DNA of 63,546 nucleotides, filler included, from Licmophora abbreviata (Eukaryota): assembly GCA_900291995.1 (NCBI GenBank). It is 11 parts of 11 records of this genome, joined end to end, with 100 filler letters (N's around TTAATTAATTAA, not from the genome) between each part and the next. Parts side by side here need not be neighbours in the genome. Positions count along the whole stretch, not along the records: positions 1 to 12,553 come from OLMU01002702.1; positions 12,654 to 13,859 come from OLMU01002707.1; positions 13,960 to 22,700 come from OLMU01002709.1; positions 22,801 to 29,817 come from OLMU01002710.1; 7 more parts are not named here. One strand, given 5' to 3'. The notes beneath the pieces are model-generated. The model had not been told where the DNA came from, made no database searches, and was given only the letters and a program-made list of their open reading frames with translations. A program made the translations under genes and the position numbers. Positions 11,275 through 23,209 of the stretch are shown here, one piece after another (within the stretch, counting starts at the first letter, position 1; each line of letters begins with the position of its first letter).

Positions 11275-11824
11275 GCGTCCTCGTGTCTCTTCGTCGTTGT
11301 TTGAGAAACATAAAACATGACTGAAATTCAGATGAGCGGAATCTGGATGGCGCGCCGCAAATGTTCAATCTTCATGAACTTACAGTTTGATTTTAATAGA
11401 AAATGTATAAAAAAATATGACACTGATTTATCATGTACGAATCACATGTTTCTACAATAGCCCTTCGATTCCCTCCAAGAGGGGCACGCGCAAAATCGCC
11501 AACCATTCGTTTGTTACCGCCCTCACAAGGTCACACGAGTGAGTTTCATGTGACAACTCGACAACGACCTCTGGAAGAGCTTCACAATTTCATCTGCTCA
11601 AGGTATTCGTAGCGTCGGCGAGACATTGATCAATTTCGACGCATTCAGGTACGAGCACCGAGATTTTGGGCTGCGACAAGTATGGGGTGTAGAGCAATTA
11701 CAATGCGCAATGAGTGCAGGATGTAGGATGTGTGGGATCGTCGCTTGATGTGCGTCATTTCACCAGTATCATCTCCATGCCATCACTTGACTGACACGCC
11801 TTCTTCGTATAAAATTGTAGCAAT

Positions 11825-12112
11825 ATGGACTTCTATGAGAACGCATCTAGCTCAAGGAGTATCGACTTCTCTGTCCAACCTGGACAGGCATCATCAGCCT
11901 CGTCGTCTGCCTTTCGAGCTCGGGCGACAAGGTTCGGTTCGCGCATTCGATCCTTCAAGCGTGTCTCAAGGCGGGATGACGTGAAGCAGGGTGAAGTGAC
12001 GTCGGTCTTCCGCGATGCCTCTTATGAAGGAGCGTGCGACAATGAGGGCTTGTTGGAATTGAACCGCGCTGGATCTGTTGATTTGGTAAATGATCTCCCG
12101 GGGATCTGCTAA
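11825..12112 (+). CDS. Possible small protein (95 aa) of unknown function
   Basis: ATG-initiated ORF in an otherwise empty ~1.2-kb interval, flanked by AT-richer sequence. No recognisable motif. Confidence 0.3.
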   Translation: MDFYENASSSRSIDFSVQPGQASSASSSAFRARATRFGSRIRSFKRVSRRDDVKQGEVTSVFRDASYEGACDNEGLLELNRAGSVDLVNDLPGIC

Positions 12113-12653
12113 GAATCGTTCGTCATCAGCCCCCCTGTCGGCGATAAAGCCATCCAAATACACATATCAGAAGAAGCCGATTCATGCTGCACTGCTAAAC
12201 TGACAGTCAGCACTACTCTCCTTTGACTAGAGAATCCTTGTTCAATATATCCTATATATTAGTTGGTCAAAATTTGCAACTTGTTCAACGCCAAATATTG
12301 TGTTTTGCAGATTCTTCCAGGGCCATTTTTGTAGTTTGGTCTATATCATGTATCACATGCCCTGGAAGTGCGCTAGTAAAGATAATCGCAGTATGAACGA
12401 CATTGTTCTGCAGCGATGCTCGTCTTTCGTGTGTTTTTGTGAGTGTGTGGGTGTGTAGTTATGAAATGAAACATTCGCTCAGCTGAGGATCTTTCGATCG
12501 TCTGGCGTGGCTGTCGTTGTCGACAACTGAAGCAGAATGTATGCCATCACGGCNNNNNNNNNNNNNNNNNNNNNNNNNNNNNNNNNNNNNNNNNNNNTTA
12601 ATTAATTAANNNNNNNNNNNNNNNNNNNNNNNNNNNNNNNNNNNNNNNNNNNN

Positions 12654-14695
12654 CAGTCAGATCTTGCAGACGAGGTACCGCCTATGTCTGAGGAAAGCGA
12701 TCGTGATGATGTTGGGACCTCCGAAAAGGAAGCGTCTGCTACTGTTGAGGTTGACGTCGAGCTAGAGACTGACGGGCCAGATACACAGTGTCCAGAGACC
12801 GACTTTGTTGTTGTCGCAGAGGAAGAGTCTCTTTCAGCACAGGAAGTGGAAATTAGAAGGGTGGGAGGCGAGATAGTGTTTGAAACTACGAGCGCTGATG
12901 CGACTGTCGAGGATTGGACTAATCTACGATGGCTCGCTACATCTGGGACGAGGAAATTGCAGTATTGTGATGTTGTCATGAAACTAGTCGAGAAAAAAGG
13001 CTTGATATGGAATGGTAGTCAGTATACACGCCGCAGACTCGCAATTTACGACAGCCCGAGCCTCTTTATTGTCCTGCGACCGCCTAGGAACGCTGCCGAA
13101 GTTAGGACACTCTTGGATCTTCCTGATGGAGTAGAAATTTCTCTCGGCGAAAACGCACAGAATTCGTTTCTGGTCGCGGAAACTGTTGTTGATCCGAAGA
13201 CATGCAAACTTAGGTTGTCACTTCTCACGACAGCCACGTCGGTGCAAAACACCTCTGCCGACAGCGATGATTCTCGGCGGAGGGCCTGTTTCGAGCTGAT
13301 TACTCCATCCGAGACTATTATATTGTCGGCTGTGCCACCAAAGGAAGATATCGACGGGACCGACCCTCAGTTCTGGTCTGCGACAAGTGAAATCTATTTG
13401 GAAACTGCTGGGATGGAATCTGCAATCGCAAACGCATTGCACCACGCCCATATGCCCCAGGAGGAATCGACTTTCAGTAGAACAAGCGATATGGCTTGGA
13501 AGCACCAGATAATTCAAGGCACACTCCATTCTTTTGTCGTCGCGGGAAACGTGGATGTCCTTGAGAAGGCGCTGGAGGCTGCCGTCGTGGCCTCAAGTCC
13601 CGAAGTTTCAGAAGAAGTGCCTTGTACAAAGTTTCTACGCCCACAGGTTATCGATGAGCGCGATGAGAGTGGGCGAACTGCACTGCACTATGCTTGTACT
13701 CGACGCTCCAGTTCGGCGGTATCTGCATTGACTGCCGCCGGTGCGAACTGCTCAATTCCAGTGGGTCCGGCTGAATTCTTCCCCAGTCATCTGAGCGCAC
13801 TCATGCTTGATGAGAAAAGCTTGTCAATTATTCTATCTGCCTCGTACCCAATGAGACCANNNNNNNNNNNNNNNNNNNNNNNNNNNNNNNNNNNNNNNNN
13901 NNNTTAATTAATTAANNNNNNNNNNNNNNNNNNNNNNNNNNNNNNNNNNNNNNNNNNNNGTTGAAGCGCGCTGAGCTCAAGATCGATTCCAACGACAGTC
14001 TCGTATCTCTTCTCGGCGGCGGGGAGCGTCTTGCGGAAGCGAAACGGTACTGGTCTCAGATCGCGTCTGTTACTTCCGCGGGAACAATCAAGATTCATAA
14101 AGAAAAGATAAAGTCAGTAGAGGCGGACAGCCACGACAAGTGTTGTGCGATATGCTGGAGGTCGTTTGGGACGATTCGCAACCGCAAGCACCGTTGTCGC
14201 ATCACCAACCGCAATGTCTGCGAAGAGTGCTCCAGCAAGCGCATAGTGGAAAACGGTGAAGAGCACCGGTTGAGCGACGGTCAGTTCCTGGTGGCGCGTG
14301 TGGACGCCGCCAGAGCTGAGTCTGCGCGCTTAAAAGAAGTGCAAGAGCGAGCCCGTATTCGTCAGCTCCGAGTGAAGAAGATTGAAGATCAACGTGCTGT
14401 TCGTCAAGCAAAGACGCACACAGAGGAAGAGAACAATCGGGACACTCTGTTTGGAGGAGTGATGGAGAAGGCCGCGAGTTATGTTTTTGGAGAAGAGATT
14501 CAGGAAGAGTCGCCACAGGATCAAGTGCAGAGTCTTACGAGCAAGATGAATCAGACTCGTGACGCTCTGAATCAACGCGGAGAGAAGTTAAATTCGTTGA
14601 GTGACAAAACGGCGAAACTGAGAGATTCAAGCGCCGAGTTCGCCAAGCTGGCGAAGGAACTGAAGAACGCACAGAAGGGTGGTCTTTTTTGGTAG
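12654..14695 (+). CDS. PH-like + ankyrin + degenerate FYVE + C-terminal R-SNARE (tomosyn/amisyn-type, no TM) protein; interrupted by the gap at 13860-13959, 5' end in or before the gap at 12554-12653
   Basis: Ankyrin repeat DESGRTALHYAC...LTAAGA, FYVE-like CAICWRSF...RKHRCR...VCEECS, and R-SNARE motif MNQTRDALNQRGEKLNSLSDKTAKL ending in GGLFW*. Confidence 0.7.
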
Positions 14696-14972
14696 TAGGT
14701 GTGAATAGTAGAACCGGTTAAGTGTGATCAGAGAAGACGTTGAAAGTGGTAGGTATCCCAATAGAGGTTTGCACTGCGATTTTGAAAGACGCGACACTTT
14801 TGGCTCGTTCGAGGTCTTCGAGCTCCCATTTGGGTGTCGCGGATTGACTCACTCGACTCGGTCGCACTCGCGACTTTGGCGCAGACGGTGACGAGAGACG
14901 AAGCATTCATTCATTGTCCCCTCCCAGGCCTTATAAAAAGGCCTCCGGGGTCGCCTTTGATAGTGGACAGGG

Positions 14973-17579
14973 ATGAACAGTAAGAACGAGAGCAGTACGA
15001 ACGAAAGCGCGGCGATTGGAATCGACGAATCCTTGGCTCGCTTAGCACTAAGCAACGATCACAGCAACTCCACCGCCGCCGTCGCCGAGACCCCAAACCT
15101 CGATCCAAAACTATCCCAGGGCGCTGAAGTTAGTACTGTGTCCACAGAAGTACCGGACAGCCCTGAAACGCTTGAATCGAACACAGCAGAAGACCTGGTC
15201 GCTCAAGTCGACGCAGGCAAGGCGCAACCCAAGGATTCGACTGCGGATACCGAAGATACCGTTGACGACCTGCTGCCCAGCACGGACGACGACGGCTATA
15301 CTCCCAATTCACTGGACGATCCTACCACCACATTGGAAATCGACGACGACTTGCTCCTTGCTTTGCGATCATTGGACGCAGGTGACGCTCATCTAGATTT
15401 CGGAGACGTCTTCCTTGAAAGCAGTGACAGCGCCGACGACGAGGAACTGGAACGACTTGTGGCGCAAGGCCACGATCAGGAGTTGCTTGAGTTTGCTGTC
15501 GACACTACTATTTTCGATCCCCTGAGCGAAAAAGAACAAGTTGAGGAAGAGCTCAATCGCATCGACGAGGCTGAGACGCTTGCTCACGAACTGGGTAATC
15601 TTTCGCTCTCCAACAGGCAGTTGGACGAGATTTTTGACGGCCCGCAGGAAGGTTACTACGACGACGACGAGCCCTCTGGTCTTGATCCTCTAGCACCCCT
15701 TCCTTGGTATATGCTCTGTCGTCCGTGTAATCCAGACCAGCAGGTTCAGACGGACGAACAGTACTTGCAGCGCTCCCTTCGCACCATGGCCGAGCAAGCT
15801 GCACATGTGCTGGACGACGACAGCGACGACGACAAGGCGGACGAACATTTTCAGGAGTTTGTCGTCAGTCGGCGACCGACTGCTGTCGCAGCTGCATTAG
15901 CATTTACTCGTTCTTTTGGAACGGGTATCTATCAGCCAGTAGAAGATGGCACCGCTCCAAAGAACGAACGCACCTGCCTTGGCCACAAGGAGACCGTCTA
16001 CGGCCTGCAGTTTTCCGAGTGCGGCCGATATCTCGTGACGGCTGGCCAGGACGCCACTATTTGTGTTTGGGACGCTACGAAAAACTCGCTGCTGACTACC
16101 TTGAAGGGGCACGATACGTCATTTGAGTGTTTGCGGGCGACTTGGTAAGTTCTATGGTGCTGTCATCGATCCAGGATTGCAAATGTGCCCTGGGGTCTCG
16201 CTGACTCAGACTCGTTGATATCTCTACGCAGGGCATCATCCGACTGGGCAGGCGCATTGTTCCCTTCAACATCAGCTGACGAAAAGTCACCTCCAGCATT
16301 GATTGCATCTGGAGGAGCGGACGGTGCAGTGAAGCTATGGACATCGACGGATCCGTCAGGACGGGGGTCGTGGTCCTGCGCTGGCACGCTGGATCACTCT
16401 TCCTGGAAAACAAAGACCGCAACAAATGACGACGGTGAACAAGACCAGGATGTTCCACAGATTTATGTGTTGCAGTTTGTGGATCACTGGGAGGGACTCG
16501 CGTCTCAGCAGGGTGCCAACCGTTTCCTCATGACATCGTCGGATGATTACATTCATCTCTGGGAAGTCAAACTCACCCCCGACACTAGTACTGCAGATTC
16601 GGGTGATGACAAGGTGCAATTTGAAGAAGTTCTCAGTCTTCGCTTCAAGTCCACAATGGACTTCAACAGTGGCGTTTCTATTACGCACGTTACAGCCTCT
16701 GGCCTCGATTGGACGAACTCTGGTCACCAGTCACCCTCCTCGCCCGTCGACAGACCTTCAGATACAACTGGCTTCGGTGGCGCCCGCAATCCTGAGAACC
16801 TTATTTTCGTCTTCGATGCGTCGTATTGTCAAGAAAATGGATTACTAGGGGTTGCTTTGTCTGATGGCACGCTGCGACTGGTAAATGGCCGCGGCGTTTG
16901 TGTGGCGATATTGGCATTGCCGGGCGGGAGTCACTCGCACTTGACGGCGTTCGCGTGGGACTCTACGGGGCGTCGATTGGCGTCGTGTGTGGCCACGGGG
17001 CATGTGATTTTGTGGAACCTTGATAATGTCGATGGACGAGGTCATGTCATGGCATCGTGCGCTGCGGTGTTGGAAGGAGGTGCGTGTGCTGCCGTGGTCA
17101 TATTCTCTCTCCTGTTGCCATCGCCTCGTGTTTATGTGTGCATCACGTCGCTTCTACAGGCCACCATCCCGGACGTCCCCTGTTTGGCGTCAAGTACTGC
17201 GGGGTAGACCACGAGGTGAGTATAGCTCTATGACGTTCCTCTCGTTGTTTTGCAATCGTACAGTTTGCCAGGCTTACGCCCACGTGCCCTCGTCCTCGCA
17301 ATAACCTCACTGCTGTAGGATCTAGTCATGTCGTGGGGAGTCGACGGACGACTCTGCCTATGGGACTCCGAATCACAAGGCCAAATTCATGCTCCCATAT
17401 CGACCTTGGCATCGCGTCCCGACTATCCTATCTATGCCGTGGACATGTCCAAGGGTTATAGCAGTGCAAGCGTCGGGTGCGTGGGAGTTGTTGGTGGACG
17501 CGAAGGAGGATTTCTTGGGCTTCCTTTCTACTTGTACAATGTAGACAAGTTTGACAATTCGGATGGGGGTGACGAGTAG
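14973..17579 (+). CDS. WD40-repeat protein with a long acidic N-terminal region; 4 exons (14973-16144, 16232-17079, 17160-17215, 17319-17579)
   Basis: WD repeats GHKETVYGLQFS...TAGQDATICVWD, IASGGADGAVKLW and SWGVDGRLCLWD. The GT-AG introns keep the frame. Confidence 0.85.
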
Positions 17580-17764
17580 CAGAACGCGTCTTAGTTTGTG
17601 CGATGGTCTACGAGTACCATGCGTACGTCGTATAAACTTTAGTGCTAGGTCTTGTTCTGTATCTCTTCCGTTCGGTTTCAGATTTTCATATCGTGTCAAT
17701 GTACTCACAGCGGTGATCTGGATATCTTCATCACCATGTCTCACACTCAAGCCCTTTCATGAGC

Positions 17765-18264
17765 TCATATGTAGAACGAGTCACTGGTGGAGGGACTCTG
17801 TCCGGCCGCACTAATGAGACTGATTCCAATACTGACCACTGCGAGGACTCCTACCCAAAACTTCCAGTCCCCCTTGACACTCTGCCATGTTGGCACTGTA
17901 TCGGACACTTTAGTGGCGACATTGAGTACCTTTTCAGAGGCCTTGTTGGCCGTCTTAATTGCGGCAATTTCCGCTTCGCTCTTGTAGTAATCAGTTCCGG
18001 GTCGCTGGGATGGCTGGTCCTTGTTCTTGACGACCTTCTTCCACTCGGCTCCCAATCCACGTTCCCAGTGTACTCTTCACTACTTTCAGGGGGAAAGTCG
18101 GGGTCGTCAGATAGTTTGGCCAGAAATAGCGGCGGCAAGACGGCATTGCGCGCTTCTCCACTGATGTGGACTTTGAAATTCATCCTCTTTGAAGATCTGC
18201 GGACAACTGTAAACGCCGAAGAGCATGTCGTTGCCAAGAGCAACAAGAAGGCTAACAAATTCAT
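17765..18264 (-). CDS. Small plastid-targeted single-TM membrane protein; 1-nt frameshift near 18050
   Basis: Signal peptide MNLLAFLLLLATTCSSA|F (ASAFAP-type) and a transit peptide. YTGNVDW[D]AEWKKVV is restored by adding one base, and the protein ends with a TM segment (WKFWVGVLAVVSIGISLI). Confidence 0.7.
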
Positions 18265-18538
18265 TGGGAAAGGACGTTTACAGCAGTGAACAAGGAGGAT
18301 AGGACACGGTGCGGCTGGATTGCAGAACAGAACAGATTGAATGGGAAAACAGAAGTGTGCTGTGATGATGCTGTGTGACGAGAACACAGAACACGGAACG
18401 CGCGCTGGTGACGTCAGCTGATTCTTCCAATTTCAGCTGATATTTTGACAATTTTGACACTCTTGCCAATTCCCGAAATAGCAAAAATCTATTGAGGAAA
18501 GAAGAAAGAAGGAAATCTTTCCCGTGTCGATTTAAAGC

Positions 18539-21474
18539 ATGGTCGCAATCTCCGAACCGACCACCATGAGCTCATCTAATTTACAGTCACTTCTCTATTC
18601 CAATGACAATGGAAAGCCTACTCTCTCCGTCTTGGATCAGCTGTTGATTCCACATGAGAAAAAGTACATTGGTATAGAATCTGTCGAGGATGCATGGGCC
18701 GTCATTCGGAGCATGCAAATTCGAGGTCAGTTGGCGCGAAATTTTTAAGGTGCCGTATCTTTGGTATCCTCTGTAGATCATTACCACGAATCTGCGCAAG
18801 GACGGAATCTCTTTTTTCAATTCGCGAGAAAGTTTGTTGCAGTCGCACTTTTTTCTCTTGCTCCTCTCATGTATTCGTTCCGATACTGCAGGCGCCCCTC
18901 TCATTGCAATTGTTGCGGTTTTGGGACTTGCGGTTGATGTCACGACCCATAATAAGACACTCTACGAGCTGGAGGCGTTGGACAACGATAATGTTGATGC
19001 CATTATGAAGTACCTTGATACCAAACTCGACTATCTCGCCACTTCCCGCCCCACTGCTGTCAATCTGTTTCATGCATTAAAGGAAGTTAAGAGTGTCATC
19101 ACGGCGGCTGTGGGTACCAAAACCCCCAACAGTACGACTGCGAGACAGCTTGTGTGTGAGGCTATCGTTCAACACGCCGAATTCATGCTGAAGCGCGATG
19201 TGAGTGACAACGAGGCGATCGGCATGTATGGCGCTGGTTTGATTCAACGGCACATGACAGATCCCGAAAAGGGCGCGCGATTGGTGACAATATGCAACAC
19301 TGGAAGTCTTGCCACGGCCAGCTATGGCACCGCTTTGGGCGTGGCTCGTGCTCTAAATGCGCAGGGCAAGCTACAATCCATTGTTGCATTGGAAACTCGT
19401 CCCTACAACCAGGGGTCTCGCTTGACTGCATTTGAAATCTTGGAGGATGAGTTGAAGGGGGGCATGTTGATTTGCGATAGTAGCGCTGCGGCTCTCATGA
19501 AGTCGCGTGGTGTTGATGCCGTCGTAGTGGGAGCCGATCGTGTGTGTCGCAATGGCGATACGGCCAACAAAATTGGCACCTACTCGCTTGCTGTCATTGC
19601 GGCAGCGCATCAAGTTCCATTCTATGTGGCCTCGCCGTTTACGACGCTGGATACTGAGCTAGAGACGGGAGAAGACATTGTCATTGAAGAACGACCTGCA
19701 AAAGAATTGCTGGAAACGTCAAGAGCGCCTGCGAACATGCCAGTCTGGAATCCAGCGTTTGATGTCACGCCGGCAAAGTACATTAACGGAATCATTACCG
19801 AAAAGGGAATCGTCGAACCGAACGTGGGTGGGTCATTTGATATTGCTGCGTTTGTGTAAGTGTGAATGAATGTGTGCAAGGAGGCGTGATTGCGTCTCTC
19901 TGGGTTGTCTCATCGTCTCGGCTTGAACTTTTAGGAAGAAGCACACAGCGTGTGCGACCGAGGAGACGGGAGCCGGAACAAAAGTAGAGCCCGCAAGCAA
20001 ACTAAATGTCCCTGTGAATTATATTGAACAGACAACTGCGAGCCTTCCGTCGTATCTTGCCAAGTTTGCGCCGAAGGCCATGGCAGCGATTGAGGCGACG
20101 TCGGCGAACGACTTGACTGCAGTCGAGATGGGTGACGGCAATTTGAATCTTGTCTTCATCATAAGCAATACAAAGAATCAGAAGAAGATTATTGTCAAAC
20201 AGGCCCTGCCGTACGTTCGCTGTGTTGGAGAATCGTGGCCACTAACGTTGGACAGAGCGTATTTCGAGTACACGGCGCTTACGAAGGAAAAGGAAGCGTG
20301 TCCGCAATTCGTGCCATCGCTGTACTATTTTTCGAGGCCGCATGGACTCATGGCCATGGAGTTCATTCCACCGCCCAACATCATTTTGCGCAAGGGATTG
20401 ATTCAGGGCATTCGGTATCCGACCATGGCGTCCGACATGGGGACGTTCTGTGCCAAAACGTTGTTCCGGACGTCGGGCTTTGCTTTGTCGGAAACGGAGC
20501 TGCGAGAGAACGTGAGAAAGGAAAAGAAGGCAATGTTGTTGCTGTGTATCAGGTGTCTCACAGTCGTTTCTTCTCCTTTGCCTGTCGCAGGTGGAATTCT
20601 GGTGTGCAAACAAAGACATGTGCGCTTTGACGGAACAGGTTGTCTTCACCGAGCCTTACATCAACGTAAGTGACAAGCCTCAGGTCTACTTGTACAATTC
20701 CGAACTAGGCGTACATGTATCGATTCACTCGCTCACAAATTGTCTTCTTCTCGTTCTCCGGCACATCTACTACTATTTTGACAGGCCTCCAACAATCGCT
20801 GGACGTCACCGCAATTGGACGGCGACAAGGAGGCGATTGAAAAGGACTGTGAGCTCAAAGTGGCCGCATCTAGGTGGAAGATCAAGTTTGTGACCGAGAC
20901 GCAGGCACTCATCCACGCTGATTTGCACTCGGGCAGTGTCATGTGCTCGCCGGAACCAGGGCAGACCTTTGTTATCGACCCCGAGTTTGCGTTCTATGGT
21001 CCGATGGGATTTGATACTGGAGCGTTCATTGCCAACTTGTTTCTGTCGTATGTATCACAAGGCGGTCATGAGAATGGAGAGGACTATGCCGATTGGGTAT
21101 TAACGCAGATTGAGACATTCTGGACTACCTTCGAGAAGCAGTTCATTGCCCTGTGGAACGATGTCGATGAGCACAAGGGCATGAAATATCAGCGCGAGCT
21201 GCTGGGAGACGAGCGTTCTATCAAACTGGCACAACATGACTTTTTGGCGCTCTTACTGACTGACACACTCGGTTTTGCCGGAATGAAAATGCTCCGCCGT
21301 CTCGTCGGGATTGCGCATGTCGAAGACTTAGACAGCATTGAGGATGCTGACGTGCGTTCCAGGTGTGAACGTCATGGGTTGGAGATCGCCAAGGTGTTTA
21401 TCACTACGGCGCCGACAATTGAATCTATTCACGACGCTGTTGAAGTTGCTCGATCAAAGAAACCGACGTCCTAG
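18539..21474 (+). CDS. Bifunctional methylthioribose-1-phosphate isomerase (MRI1/MtnA) - 5-methylthioribose kinase (MTK/MtnK) fusion, ~830 aa; 5 exons (18539-18725, 18892-19855, 19935-20511, 20591-20665, 20785-21474)
   Basis: MtnA motifs: [59 protein letters not shown]. MtnK motifs: [52 protein letters not shown]. The intron 19856-19934 joins the two parts with no stop. Confidence 0.88.
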
Positions 21475-21635
21475 GAATCAAGCTAGAGTGTCTAAAGCGT
21501 CTCTGCGCACTGGTTAGGTTCAGTCTACGGTACCGGCCCAAGTAGGCAATAATGCGGTGAATACAAATTTTTACATGTACTAGAAGCCTAACTAGTACCA
21601 AGTAGAAAAGAAATTCGTTGCGGCCTTCATCGTCC

Positions 21636-22568
21636 TTAGGATCGTCCCCGGAGTCTACGCCGTCGCTCCCCTTCGGTGGTTGTTTTCTCTTCTGTCGACA
21701 CCGCTTGTTCTACGTGCGGCGGTTCCGTCCCTTCGGAAATGGTCCCACCGCCATCGCGCACCGCTGGATGCGTCTCGGTACTGTTGCCTACAGCCAACTC
21801 GTCGTGTGGACTCTCCAACGTTGCATTGCCTCGGGCTGTCTCCAGTACTGGTACTGTGACGGAAGGCACAACATCGCCTGGCGGTGACATTGATGTCCCT
21901 ATCGATTTCTTTTCATCAGGCGCAATTGTCGATTCGGCCGCTATTGATGATGTTGCCAAAGCCTCTGCTGCTGAGGTCGCTTTCGTTCCGATTCCGATGG
22001 GTGCCTCTGTCGCATCTTTCGCCCCCTCATCGCCGTCATCACCATCGATGTCCATCAAACTCGACAGCTTGTACTTGTCGTAGACATGGTTGTCATGGGT
22101 TTGATGATGTTCCACCGTATCTTTCTCATGCGACGCAATTCCCCGATTGTGTACCTCCACGTATCCAAACAAGAACAAGGGCAGTCCGACAAAGACGAGA
22201 ATGGTATAAAACAGCATGCGTTTGGGTACTTGAACACGAAAGCCGCGTTTGGCCGTCGCATCGCTCTTGTCGCGCAAGGAGATTTCGAACGCAGCGGACG
22301 ATGCTGCTGCAGTAGTCGTTGTAGAAGCAGAAGAAGCGGATGGAGTGCCAGGAATAAGGTTGGCGGTGCTGAGGATGCTGCTGTTATTACTGTGGTGTCG
22401 CGGTGCCGTGGCACTGGGACGCTGCTGTGCAGTGCCAACGGAGGAAGTCGTGGAGGATCGAAGCAGCATGGGACGCATTTCTTCGACCAAGGCTGAGGGA
22501 GCGACGCGTACGACGCTCCGCCGAAGGGAGGAAAAGAGAGAAGGAGGATCGTGCTCTTTGTCGGACAT
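21636..22568 (-). CDS. Hypothetical single-pass (type II) membrane protein with low-complexity regions
   Basis: 310-aa ATG ORF with a Ser/Ala-rich N-terminus, one TM helix (MLFYTILVFVGLPLFLFGYV), an acidic tail and the C-terminus RRRLRGRS. Confidence 0.65.
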   Translation of the reverse strand: MSDKEHDPPSLFSSLRRSVVRVAPSALVEEMRPMLLRSSTTSSVGTAQQRPSATAPRHHSNNSSILSTANLIPGTPSASSASTTTTAAASSAAFEISLRDKSDATAKRGFRVQVPKRMLFYTILVFVGLPLFLFGYVEVHNRGIASHEKDTVEHHQTHDNHVYDKYKLSSLMDIDGDDGDEGAKDATEAPIGIGTKATSAAEALATSSIAAESTIAPDEKKSIGTSMSPPGDVVPSVTVPVLETARGNATLESPHDELAVGNSTETHPAVRDGGGTISEGTEPPHVEQAVSTEEKTTTEGERRRRLRGRS

Positions 22569-23209
22569 GGTGGTGCTCCTGTGTGGGACTGACTCGTCGC
22601 GGTGAGTTCGCTGCTGTCTCTCGTGCTGTGCTACTGTGCTATGCAGACGACTGGCTTCCTCCTATGTTTCGTTCGTTTTGCGCTTTTCAATGTCGAATCT
22701 NNNNNNNNNNNNNNNNNNNNNNNNNNNNNNNNNNNNNNNNNNNNTTAATTAATTAANNNNNNNNNNNNNNNNNNNNNNNNNNNNNNNNNNNNNNNNNNNN
22801 CTTTTCAATGTCGAATCTGTTTAAACGCTGACGCTTCCTGTCGTGTAGGTTATCAGGTCGTAGAAGATTCAATCAACGTCCGTAGATTAGTCCAGCAGTG
22901 GTCGAGAAACGCCCGGTGGGACAGGTTTAGTGTCGCTGTGATCATTGCGACGGCGGCTGTCTGTGATGCTGCAACGAAAAAGGAAGGTTCTTGTTGGCAA
23001 GCCTCACGAGCTCCCTCGCTCTCCAAAACTTCGCACGACTTGCGTTTCGTGTGTCTGTTCGTTCTAAAACTCAAAACTGCCAGAACTTGAGAGCTTTTTG
23101 GGAAGTTGATAAGTTGATTGATGGCTCACCTTAAACTTGGCTATTGACTCGACTCACTTACTCAGCATAGGAGAAGATACCGTTCTTGTTGGATGTCTTC
23201 GCTGTCAAG

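Noticed and set aside
22683..22818. Short direct repeats either side of gaps (also 50592-50620 vs 50721-50749), resembling target-site duplications
   Set aside because: They are exact contig-end overlaps around linkers. Merging the overlap at the second site restores the reading frame, and there is no transposase or terminal repeat.
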